Below, piece by piece: positions 36,215-49,976 of a stretch of 64,000 bases of DNA. Position 1 is the stretch's first letter. Each line of letters starts with the position of its first letter. The stretch spans positions 83,700,001-83,764,000 of the forward strand of contig OZ024747.1 of the NCBI GenBank assembly GCA_964016885.1, written 5' to 3'. The notes beneath the pieces were generated by a model. It saw only the letters and a program-made list of their open reading frames with translations. It ran no database searches and was not told the origin of the DNA. The stretch comes from Eledone cirrhosa (taxonomy: Eukaryota). The position numbers and the translations under genes are program-made.

Positions 36215-37348
36215 ATCATCATCATCATCATCATCACCGTTTTACGTCCGTTCTTCCACGCTAGCATGGGTTAGACGGGTTGTCCTGTTGTGGGCAGTGT
36301 CTGGTCGGCTGACCATGCCTTGCTCATACAGGAACTGATCTGGCTTGATTTCTACAGCTGGATGCCCTTCCTAACACCAACCTCATTTACAGTGAGTGCT
36401 GGGTGCTTTTTCGTGGCGCCTACACGTCCACTTTACAGTGTGGGCTGGGTGCTTTTTTGCCGTGGCACCTCCACGACCACCTTGCGGTGGTGGGGGGGGG
36501 GGCATATTGTTTATATGCTTCAGCATGTACCCATGGGAGGTCGGGTACCCTGTATTACTGCGTGACGCCAGAAGTCACGGTCGTGTGTCATTGACTTTGA
36601 GAGGTGTAGTTGGGTAAGGTCGGCTTTTATCACCTCATCCCAAGTCATCTTGGGTCTCCCCACTCCGCGGTTTCCATCAACTTCTAGTGCTCTGCACCTT
36701 TTTATGCAGCTGTCATCCTTCATACGCATCACATGTCCATACCAGCGTAACCGCCTCTCCTGCACGCAGCATTTGATTCCTCTTATGCTCAGTCTCTCTC
36801 TCAATTCATTTATGCTTTGTCGTTCACGTATATTACTGTTACACATCCATCGGAGCATGCAGGCTTCGTTTCTCTCTAATCTACGTAAGTCTTCCACCTT
36901 CAGCGCCCAGGTCTCACTACCATGCAACATCGCTGTTCGGATACACGCATCATACAGTCTGCCTTTCATTCTGAGGGAGAAGCCTTTTGCAGCTAGCAGT
37001 GGTAGTAGTTCCCTAAACTTCTTCCATCCCGTTCTTACCCTAGTTATTGTACTTTCTGAGCACCCACCTCCGTTGCTAATTCGGTCACCTAGGTAGCAGA
37101 AGCTGTCTACTGTTTCTACAGGGCCCTCCCAGAGATTGGTGGTACTTGTTTCCTGTGGCTGTTTGCTTGCTGTTTCAGCACAGCTGCTGCATGTGAATCC
37201 TACATTCTTAATTAAGCTTCCTGAGATCCCGCTACATCTCTTGTGTACCCATTGTTTGCATTTGGGGCAAAGAATGGAGTTCCTACCTACACCTTTCCTA
37301 CATACTGAGCAAGGCCATTTCCCTGAGGGGATCTGGGTTCTGTTTTCT
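36215..37348 (-). mobile_element. RTE-clade LINE, 5'-truncated
   Basis: ORF 36520-36969 (LHGSETW, RRLRWYGHVMRM, GRPKMTW), upstream Cys-rich insert ([31 protein letters not shown]), (GAT)n tail. Confidence 0.92.
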
Positions 37349-37667
37349 CATATATATATGTATGTACATATATGTGTGTATATATATACATATATATATG
37401 TACATATATGTGTGTATATATATACATATATATATGTACATATATGTGTATATATGTACATATATGTGTGTATATATATATACATATGTACATATATGTG
37501 TGTATATATATACATATGTACATATATGTGTGTATATATATACATATATACATATGTGTGTGTATATATATATATATATATGTACATATGTACATATATG
37601 TGTGTATATATATATATGTGTCTGTATATATGTACATATGTGTGTATATATATATATGTGTACATAT

Positions 37668-37800
37668 ATCTATATTTATATAAACGAAAATGTCCGTCTG
37701 TCTGAATGCAAGCGATGCATTTCCATAGTTGTCATCCGACATTGTTCAAATTTGATTCATAGGTTATGTAGCTCCCGGAACATGTCAACTATCCCCTAAA
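37668..37800 (+). mobile_element. Helitron-like 5' end fragment
   Basis: tctatatttatataaacgaaaatgtccgtctgtctg resembles the 5' ends of the other Helitron copies. Confidence 0.4.
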
Positions 37801-38324
37801 ATAGCAGAGTTCTGGGGTTATTTAAAGACAGCCATGTTGAAGAGAGAGGGGTTCTTTATTGACAGTGACGAAGGTGGAGGACGAGAGAGAACAAGACAGA
37901 CAGAGTATCAGTGGGAGTAGTAACTACCTCCATAATAGGAGTAGCTATATAAAAGTGGAGGTGTTGGTGGGAAAGAGTTGTGGTAGCAGTAAGAGTACAG
38001 ATAACAGTGACAGTAGGAGTAAGGTGTGTGACATCATAAGACAGCTGCTACAGAAAGTTAATGGGAGAAAGATGTAAAAGTTTCTAATTAGAGTTAAGTT
38101 TGATTTATTGGCAGATTTATGACAATAATTAAATATAAATTAACATGTTGCCAATGGAGTCTCTACATTTTGCCTCTCTTGGAAACTATTTCCATGTAAA
38201 AAGAAAGGTTTAATTTCTCGTCTGCTTTACAACGATCAATACATTTATTGTATAATATTGATTAATATTGTATAATATTGAATACTTACAGATTTTCTTC
38301 TACCTTAATTCAGTTATTCAGTTT

Positions 38325-38670
38325 ATCTTAGTAAGGTGTGCCCGACAAATATATATAAAGAGAGAGAGTAAGGAGCAGATATTGCAATAGCCTAGGGTTC
38401 AAAGGCCCCCAACTCTTTAATAAGCTGCCAAGAAACTTGAAAAATCTGCATGGTGTGGATGTGGATATTTTCAAGAAACATCTTGACACTTTGCTATCTA
38501 GGATCTCAGCTGAACCCACAGCATGGAATGAAGGTTACCTAAGGGCAACAACAATGAACTCCCTCCTACATCCAATTACAGCTAATACTGGCTGGATATA
38601 GAAAGTGTAGCAACAAGGACAGTGCCTCAGCATGGCCTCAGCTGGATGGCTAGATCAGGTAAAAGAATAT
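38325..38670 (+). mobile_element. CR1/L2/Jockey-group LINE 3' fragment
   Basis: Translates RSRYCNSLGFKGPQLFNKLPRNLKNLHGVDVDIFKKHLD, the LxNxLP...FKxxLD C-terminal signature. Confidence 0.7.
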
Positions 38671-38836
38671 ATATATATATATATATAATAATAATAAGTT
38701 GACAGGACTAGCATAAGGTTTCCCTCCTAGTACTGGTTGCATCTCAGCATACTCAATAGGTAAGGTTATGTAAAAATCCAGAGTAGACAAAGTTATTTGC
38801 CTCAATACAACACGTAAATGGGTACCATAAATTTAT

Positions 38837-38949
38837 ACCCATACTCAAGTTTCGGCCACACTTAATGCAGCAAGAGAGCGTACAGCATCTACTGTCTGCA
38901 TTTATTATGCAACAATGCACAATTGATGCATGTGGCTTCATCAGCAGGT
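38837..38949 (-). ncRNA. Type I hammerhead ribozyme motif with extended stem II
   Basis: Minus strand: acctg CTGATGA a gccaca...tgtggc c GAAA cttgag TA tgggt. Confidence 0.65.
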
Positions 38950-38954
38950 CTCGC

Positions 38955-39430
38955 CTAACAGAACACCCATCTCCGCTGCTAATTTTGTCACCCAGGTAGC
39001 AGAAGCTGTCTACTGCTTCTACCAAGCCTTCCCAGAATTTGATAGCGCTTGTTTCCTGTGGTAATTTGCTGCTTACAGCCCTGGTGCAACTGCTACATGT
39101 GCAGCCTACATTCTTAGCTAAACTTCCCCAAGATCCCACTACATCTCTTGTGTACCCATAGTTTGCATGTGGAACAGAGGATGGAATTTTTACCTACACT
39201 ATTCCTACATAATGAGCAAACCCATTTCCCTGAGGGGATCAGGGTTCTGTTTTCTCTTTTACATACTAGAACCTTAGTCTTTGCCAGGTTGACTTTAAGA
39301 TTCCTTGTTTCTAGGCCCTGCTTCCATGTTTGGAATTTCTTCTCTAATTCCACTATAAATGTAAGATCATCTGTGTACCGGAGTTCCCATGGGCAGCCAG
39401 TCTTAAACTCCTCTGTTATAACCTGCAATG
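38955..39430 (-). mobile_element. RTE LINE internal RT fragment
   Basis: PWELRYTDDL (YADD motif)...LKVNLAKTKVL...VDSFCYLGD; frameshifted. Confidence 0.85.
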
Positions 39431-39575
39431 TTCAATATTTTCTTTTATGGTGTTTTCCTCTGTCATTTCCATTAGATTTTAGTCCTACATTTGTTTTACT
39501 TCTACATACTGGACATCGATCTGTTTGGTACATATTATCAAAAAAAGAAATTTATATATATATATATATATATAT

Positions 39576-39782
39576 AGTAATAATAAATATGAAGACTAAA
39601 ATCCGAAGAGGGCTTGATAAGGATTATATATATATAATATATATATATATAAACCCGTAGAGCAAATATTTATTATAAGAACAGATTAAAGTTTAAGTAA
39701 AGAATTGGTGCTTTCACCTTTAATGTTAAAGGTGAAAGCAGCGATTCTTTGCTTAAACATTAATCTGTTCTTATAATAAATA
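39576..39782. mobile_element. CAGANGA-family fragment with foldback inversion
   Basis: Arms ~39669-39723 and ~39727-39782 are reverse complements centred on cacctttaatgttaaaggtg. Confidence 0.75.
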
Positions 39783-40996
39783 TATATATATATATTCTAA
39801 CATGTATGAATGTTATATGTTTTGTATAATGTATGTAGAGACTATGTTTATGTATAAATGCAATTTTATATATATATATGTGTGTGTGTGTGTGTACGTA
39901 TGTAGGATCCTAATGTAAATTCCTATAATAAAATGAATATATATATATATATATATCGACCTGCATATACCTAAAGACTACCCAGGAAATTTGAAAACTG
40001 CACAAATCACTTATTTAATGAATTTCTTTTACGAATACAACCTTTGTCAAAATATACCAATTACTTGTATAAATGATGCTCACACAGTCATATATATATA
40101 CAGATGACAATGATACGTATGTGTTTGTGTGTGTATATATATATATATATATTATACATACCCATATTGTGTGTATTTATTCTTACTAGTATGTATTTAT
40201 GTGTTCTTACAAGTGTATATATATATATATATATATACCCTATGTAAAATATCTATTTCTATAACCCTTTTCAGGCATATGTGTCCACATGCAAATGCCA
40301 ATTATTTTATTGATGTGATGGTTTATCAGGGCTTCTCAATTTCTTTTCTTGATAGACCCCTTGTAGCAAAATATAATTTTTATTCACTCTAAAGAAATTA
40401 ATTGAAGGTAAAATTACCATAAATTATTTATTAGTATTTGCTGCAGCTTAGACGAGAAAAGTGTCTGTAATCTATAAATATAAATGTACCTTTAATGCTT
40501 GGAATTTTTTAATGGGAATGATGGACTTAGTGAGCATGGAGAAGATCAGAAATATTATGTTGTAGCTCTTTGAGTTTGAGCTGGAAATCAATATGTTCTA
40601 TGTTCATGTTTGCTTAGTAAATAATACACATGGTTAAACCCAGATTCCATCATATACCAACTTGAAAAAAGCTAGTAAAATGGGCTCAATTGTTGCACAA
40701 AGCTTGGAATATTTGGGTACAAATTTCATTCATCCAATAATATCCAATTCCTTTAGTCTTTTTATTACCGTATCTCTAATGATATCAAAGAGTTGAATGT
40801 GAAAATTGATTTTGCTTCATTTAAAGTCGGTGTCTAAATTTGTACTTTCTACTTCAATATCAAATGGAGAAATAGGAAAAATACTCCATTCAAGAATTTT
40901 AATGTTTAGAAGATCCTTGATCAATAAAACGAGTTACATGAAGCTTATTGGCTATTATCATTTTAGTCTGTACGTTTGAGACCATTACATTCAATC

Positions 40997-41092
40997 AGAC
41001 ATTCTGCTAGGTGTTCAATATCTTGCAGTGATCTTTCTTCTCCTTAGACATTCTGCTAGGTGTTCAATATCTGGCAGTGATCTTTCTTCTCC
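40997..41092. repeat. 49-bp tandem duplication
   Basis: agacattctgctaggtgttcaatatct.gcagtgatctttcttctcc occurs at 40997 and 41046. Confidence 0.9.
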
Positions 41093-41684
41093 AGTTATAA
41101 AGAGATTATTAAATGTAAACTAGTAAATTTATCTAAGCTTTTATTCACCTCCAGGAGTCTAAATGGATCACTTTGAGAAGCCCTGTACTATATATAAACT
41201 CTATTGAAATAGAACCATTCCTGAAATCCCTGTTAAAGCACAAGTACAACATCAAAATTTCTCTACTTATATATTTCTACATTACATTCTTAAATTTTTA
41301 GTAATTTTTAAAGTTTAAAAAAAAACCAGAAAAAAAGACACACACATACAAACATGAAAATGTTGCATTGAAAGAAGAAAAAAAAGTGAAAATTGTAGAT
41401 TTGACATTCACTTCTCATTAGTTGAGCAATATAGATGTTCTTTCTTCCACCTCCACCACCACCACCACTTAAATCATCAGTTAGTGCTCTTTAAAGCCTA
41501 TTTTAAATAAAACCCTATTTAATCAGCCTCATTTCCAGTAGAGTATTCTTCCGTTTTATAACTATTCTGAGCTTTAAAAAAATACTGAATAAATAAATTT
41601 CTTTTTTGTCTATATTTTTTATTTGTTTGTAAATTTAATAATTGATATATTTAATTGTTCATTAAGCTGCTGAAGTATACTGTA

Positions 41685-42124
41685 AATTCATATCTGTACA
41701 CAAACTGGTACAGGATTTAAAACCTGTCAACTTTCCCCATCTGACGGGGCGATCTTTCACCCACTTTGAGGTGGGTGAGGGATGTCTTCTCTTGTGAAAA
41801 TGCGTATAGCTTGCATTATGTAAAATCTCCCCATTTTGCCTCATTTCTCCCCGTTTTGGGGCACTTTTTTCCATGATACTTCCCGTTTGGATTTTTAGAA
41901 GTTGGCACGTCTGGGATTTAACCAAAGCTGCAAGAAATAAACACGTAATTATATATTTTAACATGTTTATATATTTAAACATGTTTATATCACATATTTA
42001 AAGTCTATGGAGAAATACGTAAATAAGATATATTTACGTTTCTATATATATAAACATGTGTTTACAGACACATTTCTCATCGCTCTGGTTAAAACCTGTA
42101 CTGTTTTGTGTACAGATATGAATT
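41685..42124. mobile_element. MITE / non-autonomous DNA transposon with ~35-bp TIRs
   Basis: aattcatatctgtacacaaactggtacaggatttaa ... ttaaaacctgtactgttttgtgtacagatatgaatt. Confidence 0.75.
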
Positions 42125-45013
42125 AATAATAATAATTATTATTTCTACATTTGGCACAAGGCCAGCAATTTGGAAGGGGAGGGGGAAGTTTATTAAATCG
42201 ACCCCAATGCATTACTGGTGCTTTATTTTATTGACCCTGTAAGGATGAAAGGCAAAGCTAACCATGACAAGATTTGAACGCAGAACGTAAAGGGACGTAA
42301 CTATATGCCACAAAGCATGTGCGACACTTTACTGATGCTGCCAATCCACCACTTTATTAATAATAGTAGTAATAATTATTATTATTATTGTTGTTAATAT
42401 CCAGATGTTCTTAGTTGCCTTATGTTATAGTCATTCCTGTGTTATTTTATTGTTTGGCCACCTGATACAGGTAAAACAATTATTAAAAACATAGGTGATA
42501 AGTCAAGGTTGCCATAGAGGCCACTGAACAAAACATCGGAAATATGCATATCAAAGAAGTTATGAAATGGAATGAACCTCCACTGGTTTCAACGATGAGT
42601 ATTCCAGTTGTTTGATCAATGGAACAGCTTGTTTGTGAAATTACTGTATAAGTGGATGAACATTCCATAGGTGTGTGTACCTTTAAAATAATTCTCAGGG
42701 AAATTCAGTGGGACACAGTGTAACAATTACATGTACAGTCCATCTGTAAAGGCTTCCAAACAGTTTCTGTCTACCCAATTTCACTCACAAGGCTTCAGTC
42801 AACCCATGATCACAGTAAATGACATTTGTTTAAGTTACCATGCAGTGAGATCGAACCCAAGTCCTAATGATTGTGAAGTAAACTCCTTAACCATTCAGCC
42901 ATGTTTCATCCACATAAAGAGGTTATACTCTACTAGAATTAGATCTCTCATAAACAACTGAGTTATATGAAGCTGATTGGCTATTGTGAATATTATACCA
43001 GTCTATACATGTCACTACCCCTCTGACCTAATATGTACACAGAACCCCATTCGTCATCACCATCACACTCCAGTTCCTTTCTTTTGAAAAAGGGGTCCTA
43101 CTCATGAAATATAAGGTAAAAGTCTAAACTGTTCTGTTTTTGTTTTTCTTACTTTTCTCTAGTTTTCACTCGTAGTTCTAGCTTGCATTGTACCGACTAT
43201 CTTTCCCAAAATAAGCTTTTATATTTTTTAAAATAATTATTCTCTCTTAATTTTTTGTCCTAAATTATTTTTCAAACTATTCTGAATGTCCAACACTTGC
43301 TAACAGGAAGAATGTATGTTAACCCTTTCAATAACAACATGCCAAAAATTGCCTCTGCTGCTGTGGAACAAAACTTTAAATTAAAATCTTCCAACATAAT
43401 TTTGTATAAGAGCCTTTTATTATGTTAGAAATAGCAATTTAATAATTGAAATAATTTTAGTAAATCCCTCAAAATTTTGTAATTAATTTAAATATAGTGT
43501 ATTTTATTAACAATATGGTAATGTAAGGTTTAAATGATGATGATGATGATTTCAACATTATCAGTTCTATTGGTTGCCTCAAAGACATTTTTATGGGTGT
43601 TTTAGTTTCATAGTTCATATATTGCATTTCTCTTTCATCACTGCTGTAAAACATCTTTACTCTTAGTCTTGGCATGAGTAGCATTTTTTGCCAAGTATTT
43701 TACATAAGAAACTGAAGAAAGAAAATCCTTTCTTATTTGGCTGAGTATTTGAGATAAAGTTGTTATCACTGAAACAATCCAAATATTCCAAATATTTCAA
43801 CTAAATATATCAGTTTTCTAATATTTCTTTATGTTTCTAATTATGTTAATTTATTTTATTTTATTTATTTGTTTCTGTTCTATTTTCTATTTTCTGTTCT
43901 ACTACCTTTTAACATTGGGAAATTAAAGATAGAGGGATTTAAACAAAGATAAAAGATGTTAGACGGCCCTCGCAGATGCTAGTCTTCTGTACTGGGTTTA
44001 CTCGTTTCTTTCTTATTGTTCTAACTTTATATTAGTATATTGTAAAAGTGCATGACCTAGTGGTTAGAATGTTGGACTCAGATTCAGAAGGTGCTGGGTT
44101 CAATTCCAAAACTGGGTGGCATATTATGCCATTGAAGTACAGAACTTCATTTCCATTACTTCAGTTCACTCAGCTTAAAATGCCAGCATTAGCAGCAGCA
44201 TCTGCTTTGACAGTCTCTCACTTGCTTAAGCCTTTCTTTACCATATTTCTAATCAAGAATTTGAAAAGATTAGTTATATAACTGGTGTTTGGAACATCAT
44301 TTAACAAGCTTATGTGCTTATGATTATTGAATAATTTTGAAATTTATCAAGAATTTGGAGAGATTTTATAAAATAACTTTCTCATTATATATTTACTGTT
44401 TGGAACATAACATAATTGTTTCTACTTTAGGCACAAGGCCAGCAATTACCCAGTGCATTACTGGTACTTTATTTTATCGACCCCGTAAGGATGAAAGGCA
44501 AAGTAACATAATGGTTCTTACATAGAATTATGATGGGAGGGTTTTAGATAAATATAAATATATTGTTCATGAGGTTTGGTATCAAAGGTATTTTTACAGG
44601 TATTTTGACAAAATAACTAAGAAAATAATGATAAGGATATTCCAGGAGCTCTATTTTATTTCTCTAGTGTATTAACTACAAACACAACTAGGAACATTGC
44701 TAAATCTTATAATCTCTTTCAGCCTACATTTTTATTTCTCGGTTATGAGAATTTTAAGTAAAAAAAGTCTTCTCTTGCTGATGAAAAATAAGGGTGGTTG
44801 TTCTTCTCTTGTGGGGTCTTTATACATACTTTATATAGTTTTTATCTCTTTAAATTAACACAATTATTTGATCTAATTAAGAAATAACCTTTCAGAATAG
44901 GGTAATCTTTTTCTAGTAAAATCAGTGTGTGTGTGTGTGTATATATATATATATTATATATATATATAGATATATATATTTATATATATATATAAATAAA
45001 TATATAGAAATAA

Positions 45014-45083
<70 letters not shown>

Positions 45084-45084
<1 letters not shown>

Positions 45085-45654
45085 AGACAATGTCACTGGA
45101 CCGAGACCTTTGGCGGTACTCAGTAATAGAGAAGACCCGCCTTACCTAAATACAAAGTAAAAACCTACTACAGTCAGTAGGCATCTCTATCAAAACACAC
45201 ACCCGTCCCACCACCTCCACCCCACCCACACCGCCCCTTTCAATGTAAAGTTATGTTGGTCCCACAACATCCAGGCCGAAACAAATGAGATCGTGTAGGT
45301 GTCACGACAAAAAACACACAGTCCACGCTGTAAATGTGGCCGTGTAGGCAACACGGTAAAAACCTCCCAGCCCCACACTGTAAATGTGGTTGGTGTTAGG
45401 AAGGGCATCCAGCTGTAGAAAACCCGCCAGACAGTCCACGCTGTAATGTGGCCGTGTAGGCAACACGGTAAAAACCTCCCAGCCCCACACTGTAAATGTG
45501 GTTGGTGTTAGGAAGGGCATCCAACTGTAGAAAACCCGCCAGACAGTCCTATGCGAGCAAGACAACCACTCTTGCCTCAAGTGGGAAAACCCCCGTCCAA
45601 ACCCATGCAAGCGTGGAACACGGACGCTAAACCTGATGATGATGATGATGATGA
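45084..45654 (+). mobile_element. RTE LINE 3' end (same family as 25122-26080) with an internal ~120-bp duplication
   Basis: Reverse complement of 25140-25555; cagtccacgctgtaa...aaaacccgccaga is duplicated; (GAT)n tail. Confidence 0.85.
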
Positions 45655-45877
45655 TATTTGGATATTTAGTAAAATCGAATCTGGCGGTTTGCAAGCAAAT
45701 TCGGCCTACTTATGAAGTGATGAGTTAGCAAAGCACTCGATAAGTTAGGTCCTTAGAGTAATAACATACGTTTAAATAGCTTGACAAATCTAACATTGTG
45801 GTAGGCAAAATCTAACCCACAATAACATACCAAAGTAACGATAGAATTAACAGGTTGAGAAAAAATACACTTGGACA

Positions 45878-45963
<86 letters not shown>

Positions 45964-46097
45964 ATATTGTTATACTTTGGGAGGGTCATGTTGCCAATAA
46001 GAAACACATGCACCAGTTGCTTTCACTTCAATTTATTATAATAAATTTATAAATTTACGGTTGGTTGGTTCCACAACCAGATGGTTGTTTATATATT

Positions 46098-46140
46098 GTC
46101 AAAGTTCTTTCGTCACACATTCTGTGACCTCTTCAGTGAC
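46098..46140 (-). ncRNA. Minimal type I hammerhead ribozyme in the Penelope pLTR
   Basis: Minus strand: gtca CTGAAGA g gtcaca-gaatg-tgtgac GAAA gaac TT tgac. Confidence 0.75.
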
Positions 46141-46341
46141 TGGGGATTCTTTTCTTTGTTTTTGTGCCTCTCCTTTGTTCTGTCCTACGCCATCTTGTTT
46201 CTGTGTTTGTGTTGTGTGCTCAGTCTGTGCATGCGCCACATCCGGGTGTCTGTGTGTGTTTATATTCATTTATTTATTTGTTTATTTACATGTTACAGGT
46301 TGGTTGTTTGTTCTATGTGTGTGTGTGTTTTCATTTTGCCC

Positions 46342-47488
46342 TTAATTGTAAGTTGTGATGTTGCTGTTCCACTCATATTTTCTATTTAATTTTGGTTGTA
46401 ATTCTTTCATGTTTATTGCCTCTGTGATTTGTCTAAACATTGCATCTTTTCTGTGTGTAGATTCTATTTTTATTTCTATGTTCTCTAATTTACCCTCATG
46501 TTCTATTTTAGCATGTTGGTAGAGTACAGATGATTCTTTACTATCTTGAAGGTCTCGCCAGTGTTTATTTATCCGTTCCCCTACACTACGAGCTGTCTCA
46601 CCTATGTACACTATATTTTTGTCTCTACATTGTCCTTCAGTACATCTTATGCTATATACTACATTTCTAGTTTTACTCACAGTTAATATGGGGGCTTAAT
46701 TTACAGGTTATACATTTCTTATCTATACAGGGGGGTCTTTGAAAAGGGTATGTCTTGCTAATAAGTGTTTTTACGGAGGTACCTGGTCTTTCTACTATCT
46801 TAATATTGAGTTTATGTTTATCTAGGGCCCTTCTAAATTTGTAAGCTAATTCACCTCTAGGGGTTGTATCGATAAACATTACGCTCTGGTACTTATTGCT
46901 ATCATACCATGAGTTTATTCTATTAGCCTTATTCCTAGTTCTTTCTATTCTATTCCAAAATTTGCTCCTATACAAGGGGCAGGTCCCATTTGTGTCATTA
47001 TTTACCATTTTTTCCCATTTGGTTCTGGCTCTTCTATACACTCTGATTTTATCTCTCTGATTGTAACCAGAGAACTGCATACGGTGGATGAAGTGTTGTA
47101 TGTGTCTCTCTAGTTCTTCGGGGTTGCACATGCGGGACACGTTTCTCATCACCCGTACCAAATCCGCAATCAGTATGTTGATTTTGGTATGGTCCGAAAC
47201 AGCTGAGTTTCGGTGGATCAGATATTTGGAAGTCATGGGTTTGGCATAATGGGAATGGAGGATTTGTTTTTTGTTATTAATGGTATCTAACCAGAGCTCT
47301 GTGTCTAGTACAGGTAATCGATGGTTGGGGTGTTTGCTTGGGTAGTCTATAGTAACTCTAATACTCTGGTGGATGGAGTTAGCTATTTGCTGGATGCTTT
47401 CCATTGTGCTTTTCTCTAATTCCTGACTGTTCTCTAGTGGGGGTGTCTTAACTACGATGTTTATATCATCAACGTAGCGGGAGTACAT
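46342..47488 (-). pseudogene. Penelope RT/GIY-YIG ORF, frameshifted near 46675
   Basis: ORFs 46673-47488 and 46342-46680 rejoin as ...HINC-KTRNVVY if a 4-nt insertion (gagt) is removed. Confidence 0.85.
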
Positions 47489-47498
47489 TATCAGAGTA

Positions 47499-47655
<157 letters not shown>

Positions 47656-47686
47656 ATATATATAGATATGTGTGTATATATATATA

Positions 47687-47732
<46 letters not shown>

Positions 47733-49720
47733 AAATGCAATTTAAACAAAAGAGAAATCGATACTAGAATGTAGAGTCTATAATAATTGGATATTCGTTC
47801 TAATAGTAATAGATTATTACTTCTAATAATTTCGTTGCACTTTCTGTAATCGATTTAATCCATTATTTGTTGATCGTTAAAATCACAATGGCAATAAATA
47901 TGTTTTCCATTATGTTTGAATTATTGATTCTAGTAAGAACCTCTGTTATGTCTTAGACATCAGATATATAACTTATCAGATATATATGTTATGTCTTAGA
48001 CATCAGATAAATAATCAGAATATTATCATAAATGTAATCAGAATTGCTAAATATCTCCAAATTTTTGATTATTTTCAAAATTATTTGGAAATCATAGGCA
48101 GTGTTTTTCATTAGAAATATGTAATGAAAAGAGTAAGACTGCAAGCTAAAATGGTAAACAACATACTTTGATGTATTCAGCTACTTCTCTTTATGTCTTG
48201 AGTTCAATTTTGCATTTCATCCTTCTGAGGTGAATAAGATAAAGTCCCTGTCAGATAAATAATAAACTCTTAAAAATAAGCAGCTTTGTATCATAGAACA
48301 AGTAGTTGTTTGGTATTAAAAGGGTTAGTCATTTAAAACAACAGAAGGGCATCCCTTGTCCATGGGTGAAGTTTTCTACCTTTAAATTTGTAAACTTAAA
48401 GAATCGTTATTTTTCAATTAAAATTGATGCACCACTGCAGTTTTTTCTGCATTTGCAGTTTGCCTTGATACTTAAAATATTGCAGTTGTTTAACTTAAAC
48501 TTAAGCTGATTAAGGTGTTTCAATCATGTCAGTCCCACTCTTTCTGCAGATATCTTATATCATTCAAGTTATATCTCATCATTCAAAATGGTAGAAAGCA
48601 ACATGGCTGTTATACCTTGGAAGTTAAGTAACTATATATAGGATCTTTTGTTTACCTGCTATTTAGAAGGTATATTAGTTGGATGGCAAATTGGCAGAGT
48701 ATTTAGAAGGTTGGATAGAATGCTTTGTGGTATTTGTTCCGGTTCTCTGCTCTCTGAGTTCAAATCCTGCTGAGGTCAACTTTGCCTTTCATCCTTTCGA
48801 AGTTGATAAAAAAAGGACCTGTCTAGGACTGGGGTTGATTCTTCCTCTATATCTCTTTGTCATTTCAATTCTTTTACACATTACACACTCTACCATTTTC
48901 TAGAAGAAATCTGCTGTACTCAGGCCTGGAGAGGAGGTGGGCTCCACCAGTTTAAAATTGCCCTAGAAACATCATATGTCAATACGGCGCCTTTACGACT
49001 CCATCAGGTGTTATGGGACTGTACAATAGAACTGTACCATGGGACAGTACCATTAGTTGGATGGTATGGGATAGACATGAGCTCTGTAACCAGTAGTGAA
49101 GGTAACCCATCTAAAAGAGTAAATAAAAACTAATACAAAAAACTGATATAAAACTTCCTGTCCATTGTCTCTGGGTTAGTACTTCATTTAACAATCAAGG
49201 AAAAATTGACATCAGTAGAATTTGATTTCAGAGTATACAGCACCAGGTATTGAACCCTACACTCTAACAACTCTGGCAATTTGCCACTATATTACTGTCA
49301 GTGAAAAATCAATTGGAGAGCACACAAGGATAGCTTGTCTTTGTTGTAACTTTCCTTTACTATTGATCTTTGGACATCTTTAAATCAATAAATCTATTAT
49401 TGGTTTCCTAGACATTTCTATTAGTTTTGCAAACTCTCTTTTTAGATTTTGGAGATTTCATCATCAATCTGTCACCTTATTGATTAACTTGTCTATTGAA
49501 CTGCATAATTGATGAGGCAAGTTAATCATGATGTTAAACATAGATACAAGCCAAACCTAATGTCACAAGCATAACAGTGTGGTTAAGAAGATCACTTGAC
49601 AACCTCGTGGTGTCAGGTTCATTCCCACTGTATGACACTTTGGTACTGGGTCAACCTATGTCTTATAAGTGAAATTTGGTAAATAAAACCTCAGAAGTTC
49701 GCAGTATATATATATACATT

Positions 49721-49922
49721 TATTAAAATAACAGGTTAAAGTTTAGCAAAGAATCGCTGCTTGCACTCTTAACGGAATCTTCAGAAGATCCCGTTAAGGG
49801 TGAAAGCAGCGATTCTTTGCTTAAACTTTAACCTGTTATTTTAATAGATATTTACTCTAGGGTTCTTATATATTTGATATATATTTATCCTTATCAAGCC
49901 CTCTTTGGATTTTAGTCTTCAC

Positions 49923-49930
<8 letters not shown>
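49721..49930. mobile_element. CAGANGA-family fragment with foldback inversion at the ribozyme-like core
   Basis: ~49721-49782 is the reverse complement of ~49784-49846, centred on atcttc-a-gaagat; the tail continues into (TTA)n/(TA)n. Confidence 0.8.

Positions 49931-49976
<46 letters not shown>

Larger units (their letters stand above)
45967..47497 (-). mobile_element. Penelope-like retroelement, 5'-truncated, inserted in (TA)n
   Basis: RT C-terminus (RYVDD, LPVLD, thumb), Cys linker (CIDKKCITC), GIY-YIG nuclease (NVVYSIRC...YIGETARS...R...H...RQITEA...LN), then a 3' pLTR with a hammerhead; (TA)n on both sides. Confidence 0.93.

Noticed and set aside
46673-46680. Possible selenocysteine or programmed recoding in the Penelope ORF
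   Set aside because: The break is a TAA produced by a 4-nt insertion, not an in-frame UGA at a Cys position; the hairpin near 45706-45750 does not fit SECIS geometry.
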